The translations under genes were made by a program, and so were the position numbers. A stretch of 64,000 bases of DNA from Smithellaceae bacterium (GTDB lineage Bacteria > Desulfobacterota > Syntrophia > Syntrophales > Smithellaceae): the NCBI GenBank assembly GCA_963667845.2, contig CAXXVL010000001.1, positions 512,001 through 576,000 on the forward strand, given 5' to 3'. Within the stretch, counting starts at the first letter, position 1, and the number at the start of each line of letters is the position of its first letter. Below are positions 48,299 through 57,508 of this stretch, piece by piece. Under the pieces are notes generated by a model, which saw only the letters and a list, made by a program, of their open reading frames with translations, was not told the DNA's origin and did no database searches.

Positions 48299-49207
48299 AT
48301 GACGATCACGGGAATTGTATATGACATCCAGCGATATTCCATCCATGATGGTCCGGGAATCCGGACCAACGTGTTTCTGAAAGGTTGCCCGCTGCGCTGC
48401 CAGTGGTGCCACAATCCCGAGGGGTTCGTTAAAGTCAGGGAAATTTTCTTCCTGAATGACAAATGCACGCTCTGCGGCTCTTGTGTCGCCGCCTGTCCCC
48501 ACGGCTGCCACACCGTAACGGCGGATGGGCACGTATATGACCGGGAAGCCTGCACCCGCTGCGGAGCATGCGTGCAGGCCTGCTGTTTCTGCGCCCTGGA
48601 AACGGTCGGGAGCGAAATGACCGCAGAGCAGGTGGTTGCCGAGGCGGAAAGAGACCGTGTGTTTTTCGAGACCAGCGGCGGCGGGATGACCTTGTCCGGC
48701 GGTGAGCCTTTATTCCAGCCGGCCTTCGCGGAGGCCATTCTGAAGCTGGCGAGGCAGCGGGGCCTTGCCACCTGTGTGGAAACCAGCGGATTTTGCAGTG
48801 AAGAGGCCATGCGCTCCGTCATGGAACATGTGGATCTTTTCCTGTACGATGTGAAAGAGATCGATCCTGAGCGCCATTTGGAGTTCACGGGTGTCCCTGT
48901 CGAGCCCATTTTGCGCAATCTGCGGATGCTTGCGGAGGCGGGACGGCAGATAATCCTCCGGTGCCCCTTGATCCCCGGGAAAAACGACAGCACAGAACAT
49001 GCGCTCGCCATCGCTTCATTGGCTGATTCACTCGAGGGAATTCTGAGTATAGAGCTGGAGCCCTACCATCCTCTTGGTGTGTCCAAAAGTCTGCGTCTTG
49101 GTCGAAGGGCCGCCTATGACCGGGATTCCTTCATGAAGAAGGAAGAGGCCGAATCCCTGGCGGAGATCATTCGCTGCAATACTACTGTACCGGTCATCGT
49201 GAAATAA
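48299..49207 (+). CDS. Glycyl-radical enzyme activating protein (with ferredoxin insert)
   Basis: HDGPGIRT.VFLKGCPLRCQWCHNPE; two CxxCxxCxxxC motifs; SGGEP. Confidence 0.93.
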   Translation: MTITGIVYDIQRYSIHDGPGIRTNVFLKGCPLRCQWCHNPEGFVKVREIFFLNDKCTLCGSCVAACPHGCHTVTADGHVYDREACTRCGACVQACCFCALETVGSEMTAEQVVAEAERDRVFFETSGGGMTLSGGEPLFQPAFAEAILKLARQRGLATCVETSGFCSEEAMRSVMEHVDLFLYDVKEIDPERHLEFTGVPVEPILRNLRMLAEAGRQIILRCPLIPGKNDSTEHALAIASLADSLEGILSIELEPYHPLGVSKSLRLGRRAAYDRDSFMKKEEAESLAEIIRCNTTVPVIVK

Positions 49208-49304
49208 ACATTTTGATAAGAATTAAGAAAATGAATGGACCGGTTCCATTTAATCCCGTCCACGTGGGACGAGCGTTAATTCTCTGCCGGCGCGCATAAA
49301 GGAA

Positions 49305-49514
49305 TTATCCCTTCCGGATGAGTTCCGAACAACCAGGTATCGGCAGGAGATATTGATCGTGCAGTTTGCAGATGCCGCCGTCGCCGCGGGAACTGCCCCG
49401 GACGGAAGTGAGGCTGTTTATTTCCTGGAAATGCTCCTCCGGCATGGCGGGGTCGTTATTGAAGTGATCGCAATTTTTGCACGAGCGCGAATCTGATGTT
49501 TTTCTCCTGAGCAT
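49305..49514 (-). CDS. Small four-cysteine protein, copy 1 (possibly degenerate)
   Basis: C-x2-C-x33-C-x12-C; close paralog of 52698-52931. Confidence 0.55.
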   Translation of the reverse strand: MLRRKTSDSRSCKNCDHFNNDPAMPEEHFQEINSLTSVRGSSRGDGGICKLHDQYLLPIPGCSELIRKG

Positions 49515-49541
49515 AGCAGCGGAAGCGGTAAGCTGCTATGC
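49511..49541 (-). terminator. 10-bp hairpin downstream of nrfA
   Basis: GCATAGCAGC-N11-GCTGCTATGC; no clear U tract. Confidence 0.35.
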
Positions 49542-49573
49542 CCAGGATGCCCGATATTCGCGTCGCATTAAAA

Positions 49574-50860
49574 TTAATTTTGTGTTCCCGCTGCTTTGTT
49601 CGCCATAGCAATGGCCTGCTGCGCCAGATCAGTGGATTGTTTCAGCGTGTTTTGCGCTGCATCGGTATTATGAAAACCCATGGAGTTTTCCGCGGCAAAA
49701 AAATCCCATAACCACTGAGCGTTGCGGAGGAGTTCACGCGCCTTGTCCAGTTCGGCCGTGTTGACTTTGGGGGCGGCGCCGGCTTTGCCGAGCACCTCAT
49801 GCGCGCGGGCGATGGTCTGCCCCACTGTGCGCAGCAAATGAAAAACAGTGTTCTGCATTGTTCCGACCCGCTCCAAAATCCATTGTTCATCCTGTTGATG
49901 ACAGGTGCGGCAGGAGGCTTGGATGTGTTTCAGCGGGCTTGTCACCCAGTGTGATGAATACTTCACTCCGCCTTCCTGCATGGAAGGCATGTGGCAACTC
50001 GCACAGGCCAGACCGAACTTGCTGTGGAAACCGCTCGTCGCCAACTCGAAATCGGGATGCTGGGCTTTGAGCATCTTCGCCTGCGAATCGGGATGCAGCC
50101 AGTCCATTGCAAATCCGGAGGGAACGTCCTTGTAATAGGTGTATATTTCCTGGGGCCTCAATCCTTTATCCCAGGGGAAAACCACGCGCGAGGTTTTCGG
50201 TTCAAGGTAATATTCGGAATGGCATTGCCCGCAGACATAGCTCAGCATATCCTGGCGCGGCGCTTTGGCTACGTCGATGCCGCGTCTCCCCATGGCTTCA
50301 ATAAAGGCAGGATTACTGACGCGCAGTTGCATGCCTTGCGGATCATGACAATTGGCGCAGGAAACGGGATGTTTGATCCTGGGCAGCAATTCGGCAAGCG
50401 GCGTTTTTGCGTAATTCCAGCCCATGTCTTTATAAATATCGCGCAGACTGGGCGTCTTGCAGGTCATGCAGGAGCCGGGCGTTTTTGGCGTTACTCTTTT
50501 CGATTCTTTTAAGTCTTCCATCGAATAAGGATGTCCACGGTCTTCCGAATAATCTTTACTGAAGGCATTTCCTTTGAAGTTCATCAGTATCTCCGGCTGC
50601 CTGATTGATTTCTGGACTTTGATGGAGCCGCCGAATCCCGTGGGCGAAGCCGTCATTTCTTTATTTTTCAAATAGCTGTTGTATTCCAGCGGATAGATTT
50701 TGCCCCACACGGCAGGATCATATTCCGTGTCGGAAATAACCGCCGGTTTCTCCGCGCCGGCCGGCGCTCCCGGAAATAGCTGGATCAGGATGATGAACAG
50801 AATAATCAAAACAATGCCCGGCAAAACTTTAAAGAAGACATTCTTACTTTTCACGTTCAT
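49574..50860 (-). CDS. nrfA: Ammonia-forming cytochrome c nitrite reductase (c552)
   Basis: RGH, Lys-ligated CMTCK, four CxxCH (CANCH, CGQCH, CASCH, CRTCH), KAQHP, AENSMGFH. Confidence 0.93.
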   Translation of the reverse strand: MNVKSKNVFFKVLPGIVLIILFIILIQLFPGAPAGAEKPAVISDTEYDPAVWGKIYPLEYNSYLKNKEMTASPTGFGGSIKVQKSIRQPEILMNFKGNAFSKDYSEDRGHPYSMEDLKESKRVTPKTPGSCMTCKTPSLRDIYKDMGWNYAKTPLAELLPRIKHPVSCANCHDPQGMQLRVSNPAFIEAMGRRGIDVAKAPRQDMLSYVCGQCHSEYYLEPKTSRVVFPWDKGLRPQEIYTYYKDVPSGFAMDWLHPDSQAKMLKAQHPDFELATSGFHSKFGLACASCHMPSMQEGGVKYSSHWVTSPLKHIQASCRTCHQQDEQWILERVGTMQNTVFHLLRTVGQTIARAHEVLGKAGAAPKVNTAELDKARELLRNAQWLWDFFAAENSMGFHNTDAAQNTLKQSTDLAQQAIAMANKAAGTQN

Positions 50861-51254
50861 TCCCCCCTTATTTGTGTTGCCTCCTGACGTTAACCGGATC
50901 CCTGTGACACTTCAGTCAATTTCGATCGCGAGGTCTTCACTAACCTTCTATCCAATCCCCCCCTGCACCCTCAAGGAGGGGATACAATTGATGGTCTACA
51001 GTCTCGAACGCGGATAGAGCAAGAGCCTCCCGCGCTATCCTGCAGTGGGAAAAACGGCCGTCATTTGCTCTGACTTGCTGATCTCAATGTAGACATATTA
51101 TGACATAGCGAAAGAACAGGGGCAAATTTTTTTTCTTGATGGTAGTGATAAAAGAAACAGCAGATTATCTGCAGCACTTGTTCGGGAGCGTTCAGCCCGA
51201 TACGTACGCTGCCGCGCAAGTCTAATTCTCTTGGGGGAATTGAGTAGGGGACAA

Positions 51255-51341
51255 TTCTGCGCGTGGCTTCTTTCCTTCTCCGGTCAACCTTACGGCTTCC
51301 GGCTTAAACTCCCGGCTAAGCGGCTGCCTCTGCTTTCTCAT
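51255..51341 (-). pseudogene. IS3-family OrfA N-terminal remnant
   Basis: MRKQRQPLSREFKPEAVRLTGEGKKPRAEL resembles the (F)SREFKxEAVRL HTH start of IS3 OrfA. Confidence 0.5.
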
Positions 51342-51403
51342 CGGAAACTCGTCGTTCTTTTGCAATCTTTTCTTGGCAATCGAACTGAATAGATGACTGC
51401 GTT

Positions 51404-51430
51404 GAGATACTTAATTTCTTAAGGGCCCCC
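51404..51430 (+). repeat. Motif E copy
   Basis: GAGATACTTAATTTCTTAAGGGCCCCC (compare 23406 and 34269). Confidence 0.65.
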
Positions 51431-51789
51431 ATTCGTTTGCGTCAGTAATTCAATAATCACCACTGAAGATATCTGGATTGCCGGACGTCTCACAATGTCT
51501 TCCGTCTGACGAATTCCGGCATACTTTGGACTGGAGTCCATCTATTAATTCGACGGCAGCTTTGTGCTGAAAAACCGTATTCGTTCGGTTTTTCAGCACA
51601 AATTTCTTTTCCTCGCATGGAACATTTATTTTTTTCTCGATTTCTCTCAAGCTAACTATCAGGAATGATAGCACATAAATAATACCCATCTTTTCATGTT
51701 TATTGGCATGAATATGGCAATTTTAAAAATGGAATCAAAAGAGCGATTTCATGCATGTCTATTACAGGCTGTATTTGCGTGAAAGAGAG

Positions 51790-51876
51790 GTCATTTCGAA
51801 TCAACGAAGTGACTACGAAATCTAAAGATCCCTCATTGCATTCGGGATATGGATTTCTCCCTGAGGTCGCAATGAC
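51790..51876. repeat. GTCATT...AATGAC palindromic repeat
   Basis: GTCATTTCGA...GAAATC / GATTTC...TCGCAATGAC arms. Confidence 0.6.
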
Positions 51877-51935
51877 AGAATGCTGCCTTAGGGACGAAAA
51901 CACTAAATAACAAAAAGAGATAGGGGGGTTGGGTT

Positions 51936-52493
51936 ATGGATGTTAAAGGAGCGGCGATTGTTGCGATTCCCGAATTCATTGTTAAAAAGTTTGGGAAAGC
52001 AGGGTTAGATCGATGGTTGGCTGCCATTAACGAAAAGGCCCGAAAGGTTTATGGAAGTCATATTCTGATCGGAAACTGGTATCCGGTAACAGAAATCATG
52101 CATGAGCCTACACAAAAGATGTGTGATTTATTTTACCGTGGAGATGTGAAAGGCGCCCGGGAAGGCGGGCGGTACAGCGCCGAATTAGCGCTGAAAGGGG
52201 TTTATCGGATTTTTGTCAAGCTTGGATCTCCTGAATTTTTGATCCGCCGGGCCAGTAATGCCTTCACCAGCTACTATCAACCGAGTGAAATAAAAGTGGT
52301 GGCCCAGGAAGATAAAAAGGCCATTATGCACATCACCAAATTTCCGGAAGCTTCTTACCTGGTTGAAAACCGGATTGCCGGTTGGATAGAAGGCGCCCTG
52401 GCAATCAGCGGCTGCAAAAATGTCAATGTCCAGATCACCCAGTCTTTGTCCAAGGGTGCACCGTACACGGAAATAGTCGCTTCCTGGGCTTAG
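51936..52493 (+). CDS. Hypothetical protein (DUF2378/H-NOX/V4R-like fold)
   Basis: VKGAAI...WYPV...GRYSAE...GWIEGAL...W pattern. Confidence 0.6.
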   Translation: MDVKGAAIVAIPEFIVKKFGKAGLDRWLAAINEKARKVYGSHILIGNWYPVTEIMHEPTQKMCDLFYRGDVKGAREGGRYSAELALKGVYRIFVKLGSPEFLIRRASNAFTSYYQPSEIKVVAQEDKKAIMHITKFPEASYLVENRIAGWIEGALAISGCKNVNVQITQSLSKGAPYTEIVASWA

Positions 52494-52697
52494 AGCAGAT
52501 GACTTTTGCTCCCGAATTCGTCACCTGAACACCGTTTTCGGAATTGCCGGAATCGGTGGCAGGGGCCGTATTTAAAAATACCAATTCAGTTTCATTCATC
52601 AAACTGCTGGGAGCGTCAAGCTATTTTTAAAGATTTTGATCAGCAAAGATTGGTCATCTGGAATTCACGTGATCCGCTGCCGGCGCGCATAAAAGAA

Positions 52698-52931
52698 TTA
52701 TGACTTCCGGATGAATTCCGAACAACTGTGTACCGGCAGGAGATATTGATCGTGCAGTTTGCAGATGCCGCCATCGCCGCGGGAACTGCCCCGGACGGAA
52801 CTGAGGATGTTTATTCCCTGGAAATGCTCTTCCAGCGTAGCCGGGTCGTTATTGAAGTGATCGCAGTTTTTGCATGAACGCGAATCTGCTGTTTTCCGTG
52901 CAACAAAAGATATCGAGCGGAATATATTCAT
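52698..52931 (-). CDS. Small four-cysteine protein, copy 2
   Basis: SCKNCDHF...GICKLH...SCSEF. Confidence 0.6.
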   Translation of the reverse strand: MNIFRSISFVARKTADSRSCKNCDHFNNDPATLEEHFQGINILSSVRGSSRGDGGICKLHDQYLLPVHSCSEFIRKS

Positions 52932-53121
52932 GCGGGTATCTTATCTGATAATTTTCCCGGAATCAACAAGGACCGTTGGGCTAAGCGGGACCCTTTAAGT
53001 AACTGAGTTACAGTCCGGTGAGCCGGCAGCCGTTCTCCCGGGCGTGTTCATACCACTGTCAAAAATGCGCCGGGCCGGCAGAAGGAGGCACCTCTGCAAC
53101 CCGGCGCTTAGCTGTCCTGAC

Positions 53122-54588
53122 CTACCTGGGCGCTACAGCCACAAACAGGCTGTTGGCACCCCGTTGGACAAGCAGCAGGATATTTCCGCCTGTCTTAGCT
53201 TTTCCGGCAAGCTTCACAAACTCATCGACCGTTTTGACCGGTTTCCGGTTGACTGATTTGATGACGTCGCCTTGCTGGATTCCGGCTTCGGCAGCCGGGC
53301 TGTCGGGCCCAACTTCGGTCACAACCACGCCGGTGCTTTTGGGCAGGCCGAGCTCTTGCGCAATCTGCGGCGTCAGATTCTGCACCGTAATCCCCAGTGA
53401 GGGACGGACGGGGCTTTTCGCCGCTGCGGTCGCATTCTCCTCTTCCATTTCGCCGATCTTTGTCTGGCGTTCGATCTCTTTGCCGTCCCGAAGCAGCTTT
53501 ACCGTGACGGTTTTCCCCACCGGCGTCGCGGCGACGATCCGGGGAAGATCTTTCGAATCGCTGATGGTTTGGCCATCGAATTTCACAATCACATCTCCCT
53601 GCTCAATCCCCGCCTTATCGGCCGGCCCACCCGGAATCACCTGAGAGACGAGGGCGCCTTTGCTTTCCTTGAGGCCGAGCGACTTGGCCAGTTCCGGCGT
53701 CAAATCCTGCGCGGCAACACCCAGCAGGCCGCGAGTCACATGTCCGCGCTTCTGCAACTGGGGGGCGATCTCCTTGGCCATATTGATGGGAATTGCAAAC
53801 CCGATGCCCTGACCGGAGGCGATGATGGCCGTATTGATGCCGACGACCTCTCCCTGAAGATTGATCAGGGGGCCGCCGCTGTTGCCCGGGTTAATGGAAG
53901 CGTCCGTCTGAATAAAATTGTCATAGGGACCTGAGCCGATCACCCGGCCTTTGGCGCTGACGATTCCCGCCGTCACCGTTTGTTCCAGTCCGAAAGGACT
54001 TCCGATGGCCACGACCCAATTGCCTACTTTCAAATCATCAGAATTTCCCAGTTTGAGAGGCTGCAGGTCCGCAGCCCCGGCGATTTTGACCAGGGCAAGG
54101 TCCGTCTTGGGATCCCGGCCGACGATCTTGCCGGTGAATTGTTTTCCGTCGGCGAGCTTCACCTTGATCTCGTCGGCATCCTCGACCACATGATTGTTGG
54201 TCAGGACATAGCCTTCTTTGCTCATGATGAACCCCGAGCCGATCCCCTGCTGTCTCCTCTCGGGGGCATTGCGACCGCGGCCGCCGAAATGACCGAAGAA
54301 ATCCTCGAAAGGATCACGGTCTCCGAAGGGGCTCCCGCCGAACCTTTCAAATCCAGCCGGGCTTGCCTTTTTGCTGACCTGGATATTGACGACGCCGGCG
54401 CGCACCTGTTCGGCCAGTTCGCTGAAATTTCCCGGCACCATCGGCGATCCGGGGGCAACCACTGACGTCGCGGCGCTCTGCGTCTTGCCGGTTTTTGGCG
54501 CCGAAGACATGCCATAGGCTAATCCAGCCACCGCGCCGGCCATGATGAGGGCGATTACCAAGAGTTTGATATTTCTGTTTTGTTTCAT
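53122..54588 (-). CDS. DegQ/DegP (HtrA) serine protease with two PDZ domains
   Basis: GSGFI, TNNHVV, DLA, QTDASINPGNSGGPL. Confidence 0.95.
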   Translation of the reverse strand: MKQNRNIKLLVIALIMAGAVAGLAYGMSSAPKTGKTQSAATSVVAPGSPMVPGNFSELAEQVRAGVVNIQVSKKASPAGFERFGGSPFGDRDPFEDFFGHFGGRGRNAPERRQQGIGSGFIMSKEGYVLTNNHVVEDADEIKVKLADGKQFTGKIVGRDPKTDLALVKIAGAADLQPLKLGNSDDLKVGNWVVAIGSPFGLEQTVTAGIVSAKGRVIGSGPYDNFIQTDASINPGNSGGPLINLQGEVVGINTAIIASGQGIGFAIPINMAKEIAPQLQKRGHVTRGLLGVAAQDLTPELAKSLGLKESKGALVSQVIPGGPADKAGIEQGDVIVKFDGQTISDSKDLPRIVAATPVGKTVTVKLLRDGKEIERQTKIGEMEEENATAAAKSPVRPSLGITVQNLTPQIAQELGLPKSTGVVVTEVGPDSPAAEAGIQQGDVIKSVNRKPVKTVDEFVKLAGKAKTGGNILLLVQRGANSLFVAVAPR

Positions 54589-54624
54589 AATTTATTCTCC
54601 TTTGTTTCATGACTTATTCTCCTT
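54581..54624 (-). repeat. 22-bp tandem duplication of RBS + start codon
   Basis: TGTTTCATAATTTATTCTCCTT / TGTTTCATGACTTATTCTCCTT. Confidence 0.9.
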
Positions 54625-55106
54625 TCGTCCGATTAGAGGCTAGAGAACAGCCCTGCTTGAAAACCATTATAAGGATCGGACTTAACGGGATGATGATCGG
54701 AAGATGACCATTTGGTAATGTTGGGACGGGATGCGGCGTGCAAGATTCATTCGGTTGAAAAGAAGGCAACTTCCTGTTAGCGAGCCATCAGAGTCATTCT
54801 CACGCATTCTGCCTTCAATCCCGCGGCTGCGGGATTCGACTGATTTGGATTGTCATAAGATGTAACCGATTTTTATAAAGTGGTTGTGTATTACGGGCAT
54901 GGGCCACGAGAAGAGCGATATTGGTTACGTTACCACTCCGGGATGTATGTAGTTAGGTTGCCGGGAGAGTTGAGAAAAAATAATCATCATTTCCGGTGGT
55001 CGTCCAGGGGGTACGTCAAGAAAGTGGAAAGCGTTGACGCGCCCCCTATATTCTTTTTCATAATTTCACACAACCCTTAGACGATCCGGCAATGCCCTCC
55101 AGTGCT

Positions 55107-55793
55107 CTATTTTATATAAACGACAACCAGTTCCGGTTTGTCAGAGGCGTTGTTAGCCATGTTCCAATTGCACGAGAAGTTGACCAGACTTGTTTCATCC
55201 GCATGACTCAGACGAAATTGGGAATAGCTCTGTCCTGCATTGATGTCCGCCTGTAATTTAGCCTTGACGTCGAACGTCTTCCAGCCGATCGCGTTCGTTG
55301 GCGCGGTCGCCGTAATAGCCGGTGCAACAATATACCCCCCCATTTCGTTACCGTAGTTCCTCGGAGCGGAGGGTAAAGAATCCGTGTTTCCGTAAAAGAT
55401 ATTTTCCAGGATCGCGTCTTGTGTCGTACCGCTGACGCTGTTCTGGTAGATACGTAAAGTGGCGCTCTGGATGGCGGCGCCGCTCAAAGCGGAAATATTG
55501 AAGTTGAAAATCAGTTTATAGAAATTTTGATAAGGTCTGAGTGGAGCGCCCGCGGTGCCGGTATCAAGTCCTGTATGACCAGTTGTATCCGTGCCGGAAG
55601 TATCGACCCCATAACCCCAAAGAGTGTAGGGAGATGTGTCGGTATACACTGTCCGGTTGATATAAAAACTTAAGACCGGATTCATGGTTGTGGCTTTAGG
55701 AATAATGCCCTCGTCACCTCCGCAGCCCGCGACAAGGCAAACAAAAGCAACCACTACGAATAACAAACCTGAAAAGATCCTGTGATTTCTCAT
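55107..55793 (-). CDS. Lipoprotein with DNRLRE-like beta domain
   Basis: VAGC lipobox; FNISAL....IQSATLRIY, W.TFDV, KPELVV.Y. Confidence 0.65.
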   Translation of the reverse strand: MRNHRIFSGLLFVVVAFVCLVAGCGGDEGIIPKATTMNPVLSFYINRTVYTDTSPYTLWGYGVDTSGTDTTGHTGLDTGTAGAPLRPYQNFYKLIFNFNISALSGAAIQSATLRIYQNSVSGTTQDAILENIFYGNTDSLPSAPRNYGNEMGGYIVAPAITATAPTNAIGWKTFDVKAKLQADINAGQSYSQFRLSHADETSLVNFSCNWNMANNASDKPELVVVYIK

Positions 55794-56174
55794 TCTGCAC
55801 TCCTTTTTTTATTATGATTAGTGATAAGAACTTGCTATTCTGACGAGGAAGTATAGGGAAAGCTCCCTCGTGTGTCAATGAAGAATTGGCCCACGATATT
55901 GGTTGGGTATAACGGATGCGGAGAGATGCACTGCGGCATTCATCGGGCATCAGGTGAAATACAGATTTACTCCTTCCATTTTACCCTGGCGTCCCAGGGT
56001 ATCTTATACCAATTGATAATCTATAAGAACGCACGGTGCAGTCTGCAATCTTGTCGTTTTGACACTTTTGAAAAATCGGCGGTCGGTTTACTTATTTGTT
56101 TTTTCCTGCAGGAGAGCATCAGGCGATTGCAATCGGCATGAATTTCTTCAAGGCGTACCCGCTAAAAGAGAGGT

Positions 56175-56202
56175 TTGACATTTAAAGGAAAAGGATTAAA
56201 AT
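56175..56202 (+). promoter_or_regulatory. Putative sigma70 promoter
   Basis: TTGACA-16 nt-TAAAAT upstream of the USP gene. Confidence 0.4.
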
Positions 56203-56422
56203 TATCAATATAAGGATAGGGCATCGTCACCAGGTTAACGATTAATTTGAACCCTTTTTAAAAGGGTGATGCCATGAGAAGATTATTGAATCCCCGCGTC
56301 TCAACAAGAGTGCGGGGATTTGTGTTTTTATTAATCTGTCAATAAAACGATCATCGAAGGATGATATGATTAAATGAGTTAATAATATCTTGTTCTTACA
56401 ACAAAGGAAGGAGGATAAAAAA

Positions 56423-56845
56423 ATGTTTAAAAAGATTTTGGTTCCTCTGGATGGTTCGCAGATTGCGGAAAGCATTCTGCCCCAAGTTGAGAATTTAGCC
56501 AGGATACATGATGCAGAAGTAGTCCTTATCCGCGTAGCTTTCTCTCATGCCTTAACCAATGAGAAACTCGCAGAACGTGAGCTGCAAGCTGTTGCCGATG
56601 CAAAGGCATATCTGACCGGAGTGGAGGGAAGGTTCAAAAGCGCGGGCATTAAGGTTTCTTCACTGACTCCCTGTGGTCATGCCGCCGATAAGATAGTAGA
56701 ACACGCCAGGATTAGCAATTGTGATCTGATCGCCATGTCTACACATGGACGGTCCGGTCTGGGCCAATTTGTTTTGGGCAGCGTTGCCATTAAAGTCCTT
56801 CATGTGGCGACGGTTCCCGTCCTTTTATACAGAATCAGCGAATAA
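56423..56845 (+). CDS. Universal stress protein
   Basis: MFKKILVPLDGS, DLIAMSTHGRSG...LGSVA. Confidence 0.93.
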   Translation: MFKKILVPLDGSQIAESILPQVENLARIHDAEVVLIRVAFSHALTNEKLAERELQAVADAKAYLTGVEGRFKSAGIKVSSLTPCGHAADKIVEHARISNCDLIAMSTHGRSGLGQFVLGSVAIKVLHVATVPVLLYRISE

Positions 56846-56888
56846 TGTTCTGCTTAACCCCATCAGCAGGATTGAAAGGAGGTCCGTT

Positions 56889-57347
56889 ATGCCATCGAGA
56901 AAATTGAAAGAGTTTCTGGACAGCCAGGCGGTTAAATACTTGAAGATTGCGCATTCACCGGCCTATACGGCCCGGGAAGTTGCTCAGTCTTTGCACATCA
57001 AGGGGCATAAGGTGGCAAAGACCGTTATTGTCTTTATCGAGGGTAAGATGGCCATGGCAGTCATGCCGGCTAACCGCTCCATCGATTTCGATCGTTTTCA
57101 GAAGGAAATCGGTGCCAAAGAGATCAAACTCGCTTCCGAAGGACAATTCAGAAATATGTTTCCGGATTGCGAGGTCGGTGCCATGCCTCCTTTCGGCAAC
57201 CTGTACGGGATGGAGGTCTATGTGGACCGGCATCTGACGGACGATGAAGAAATGTTTTTCAATGCCTGCTCCCATTCTGAACTGATCCGGATGTCTTACC
57301 AGGACTTTGAGAGACTCGTGAAGCCCAGGGTGGTAATACTTACCTGA
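56889..57347 (+). CDS. YbaK/EbsC family aminoacyl-tRNA deacylase
   Basis: HSPAYTA, VAKTV, FPDCEVGAMPPFG. Confidence 0.9.
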   Translation: MPSRKLKEFLDSQAVKYLKIAHSPAYTAREVAQSLHIKGHKVAKTVIVFIEGKMAMAVMPANRSIDFDRFQKEIGAKEIKLASEGQFRNMFPDCEVGAMPPFGNLYGMEVYVDRHLTDDEEMFFNACSHSELIRMSYQDFERLVKPRVVILT

Positions 57348-57508
57348 GCGTTTTCCTCTTCTTCTTTTTCAGTAGTGGCACCGGAAAAAACAGGACGCTG
57401 CCGGTAAACAAAGGAGGACTTATGGAAAAGGGAAAAACAAGAATACTGACAGCCCAGGACAAAAAGCAAGAGAAAAATTAAATCGTTGAGTAGATGCTAA
57501 CCATGACA

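Noticed and set aside
51704..51719. Sigma54 promoter TGGCATGAATATGGCA
   Set aside because: GG-N10-GC spacing is correct, but the -12 box is imperfect and a repeat separates it from the next gene.
54880..55047. 66-aa ORF containing FRWSSRGY as a RAYT core remnant
   Set aside because: The similarity is too short and degraded to support; only the G/C-tailed motif near 55020-55047 is noted, weakly.
57422..57481. 19-aa ORF (MEKGKTRILT...) with strong RBS
   Set aside because: It could be a truncated response-regulator-like start, but it is too short to assign.
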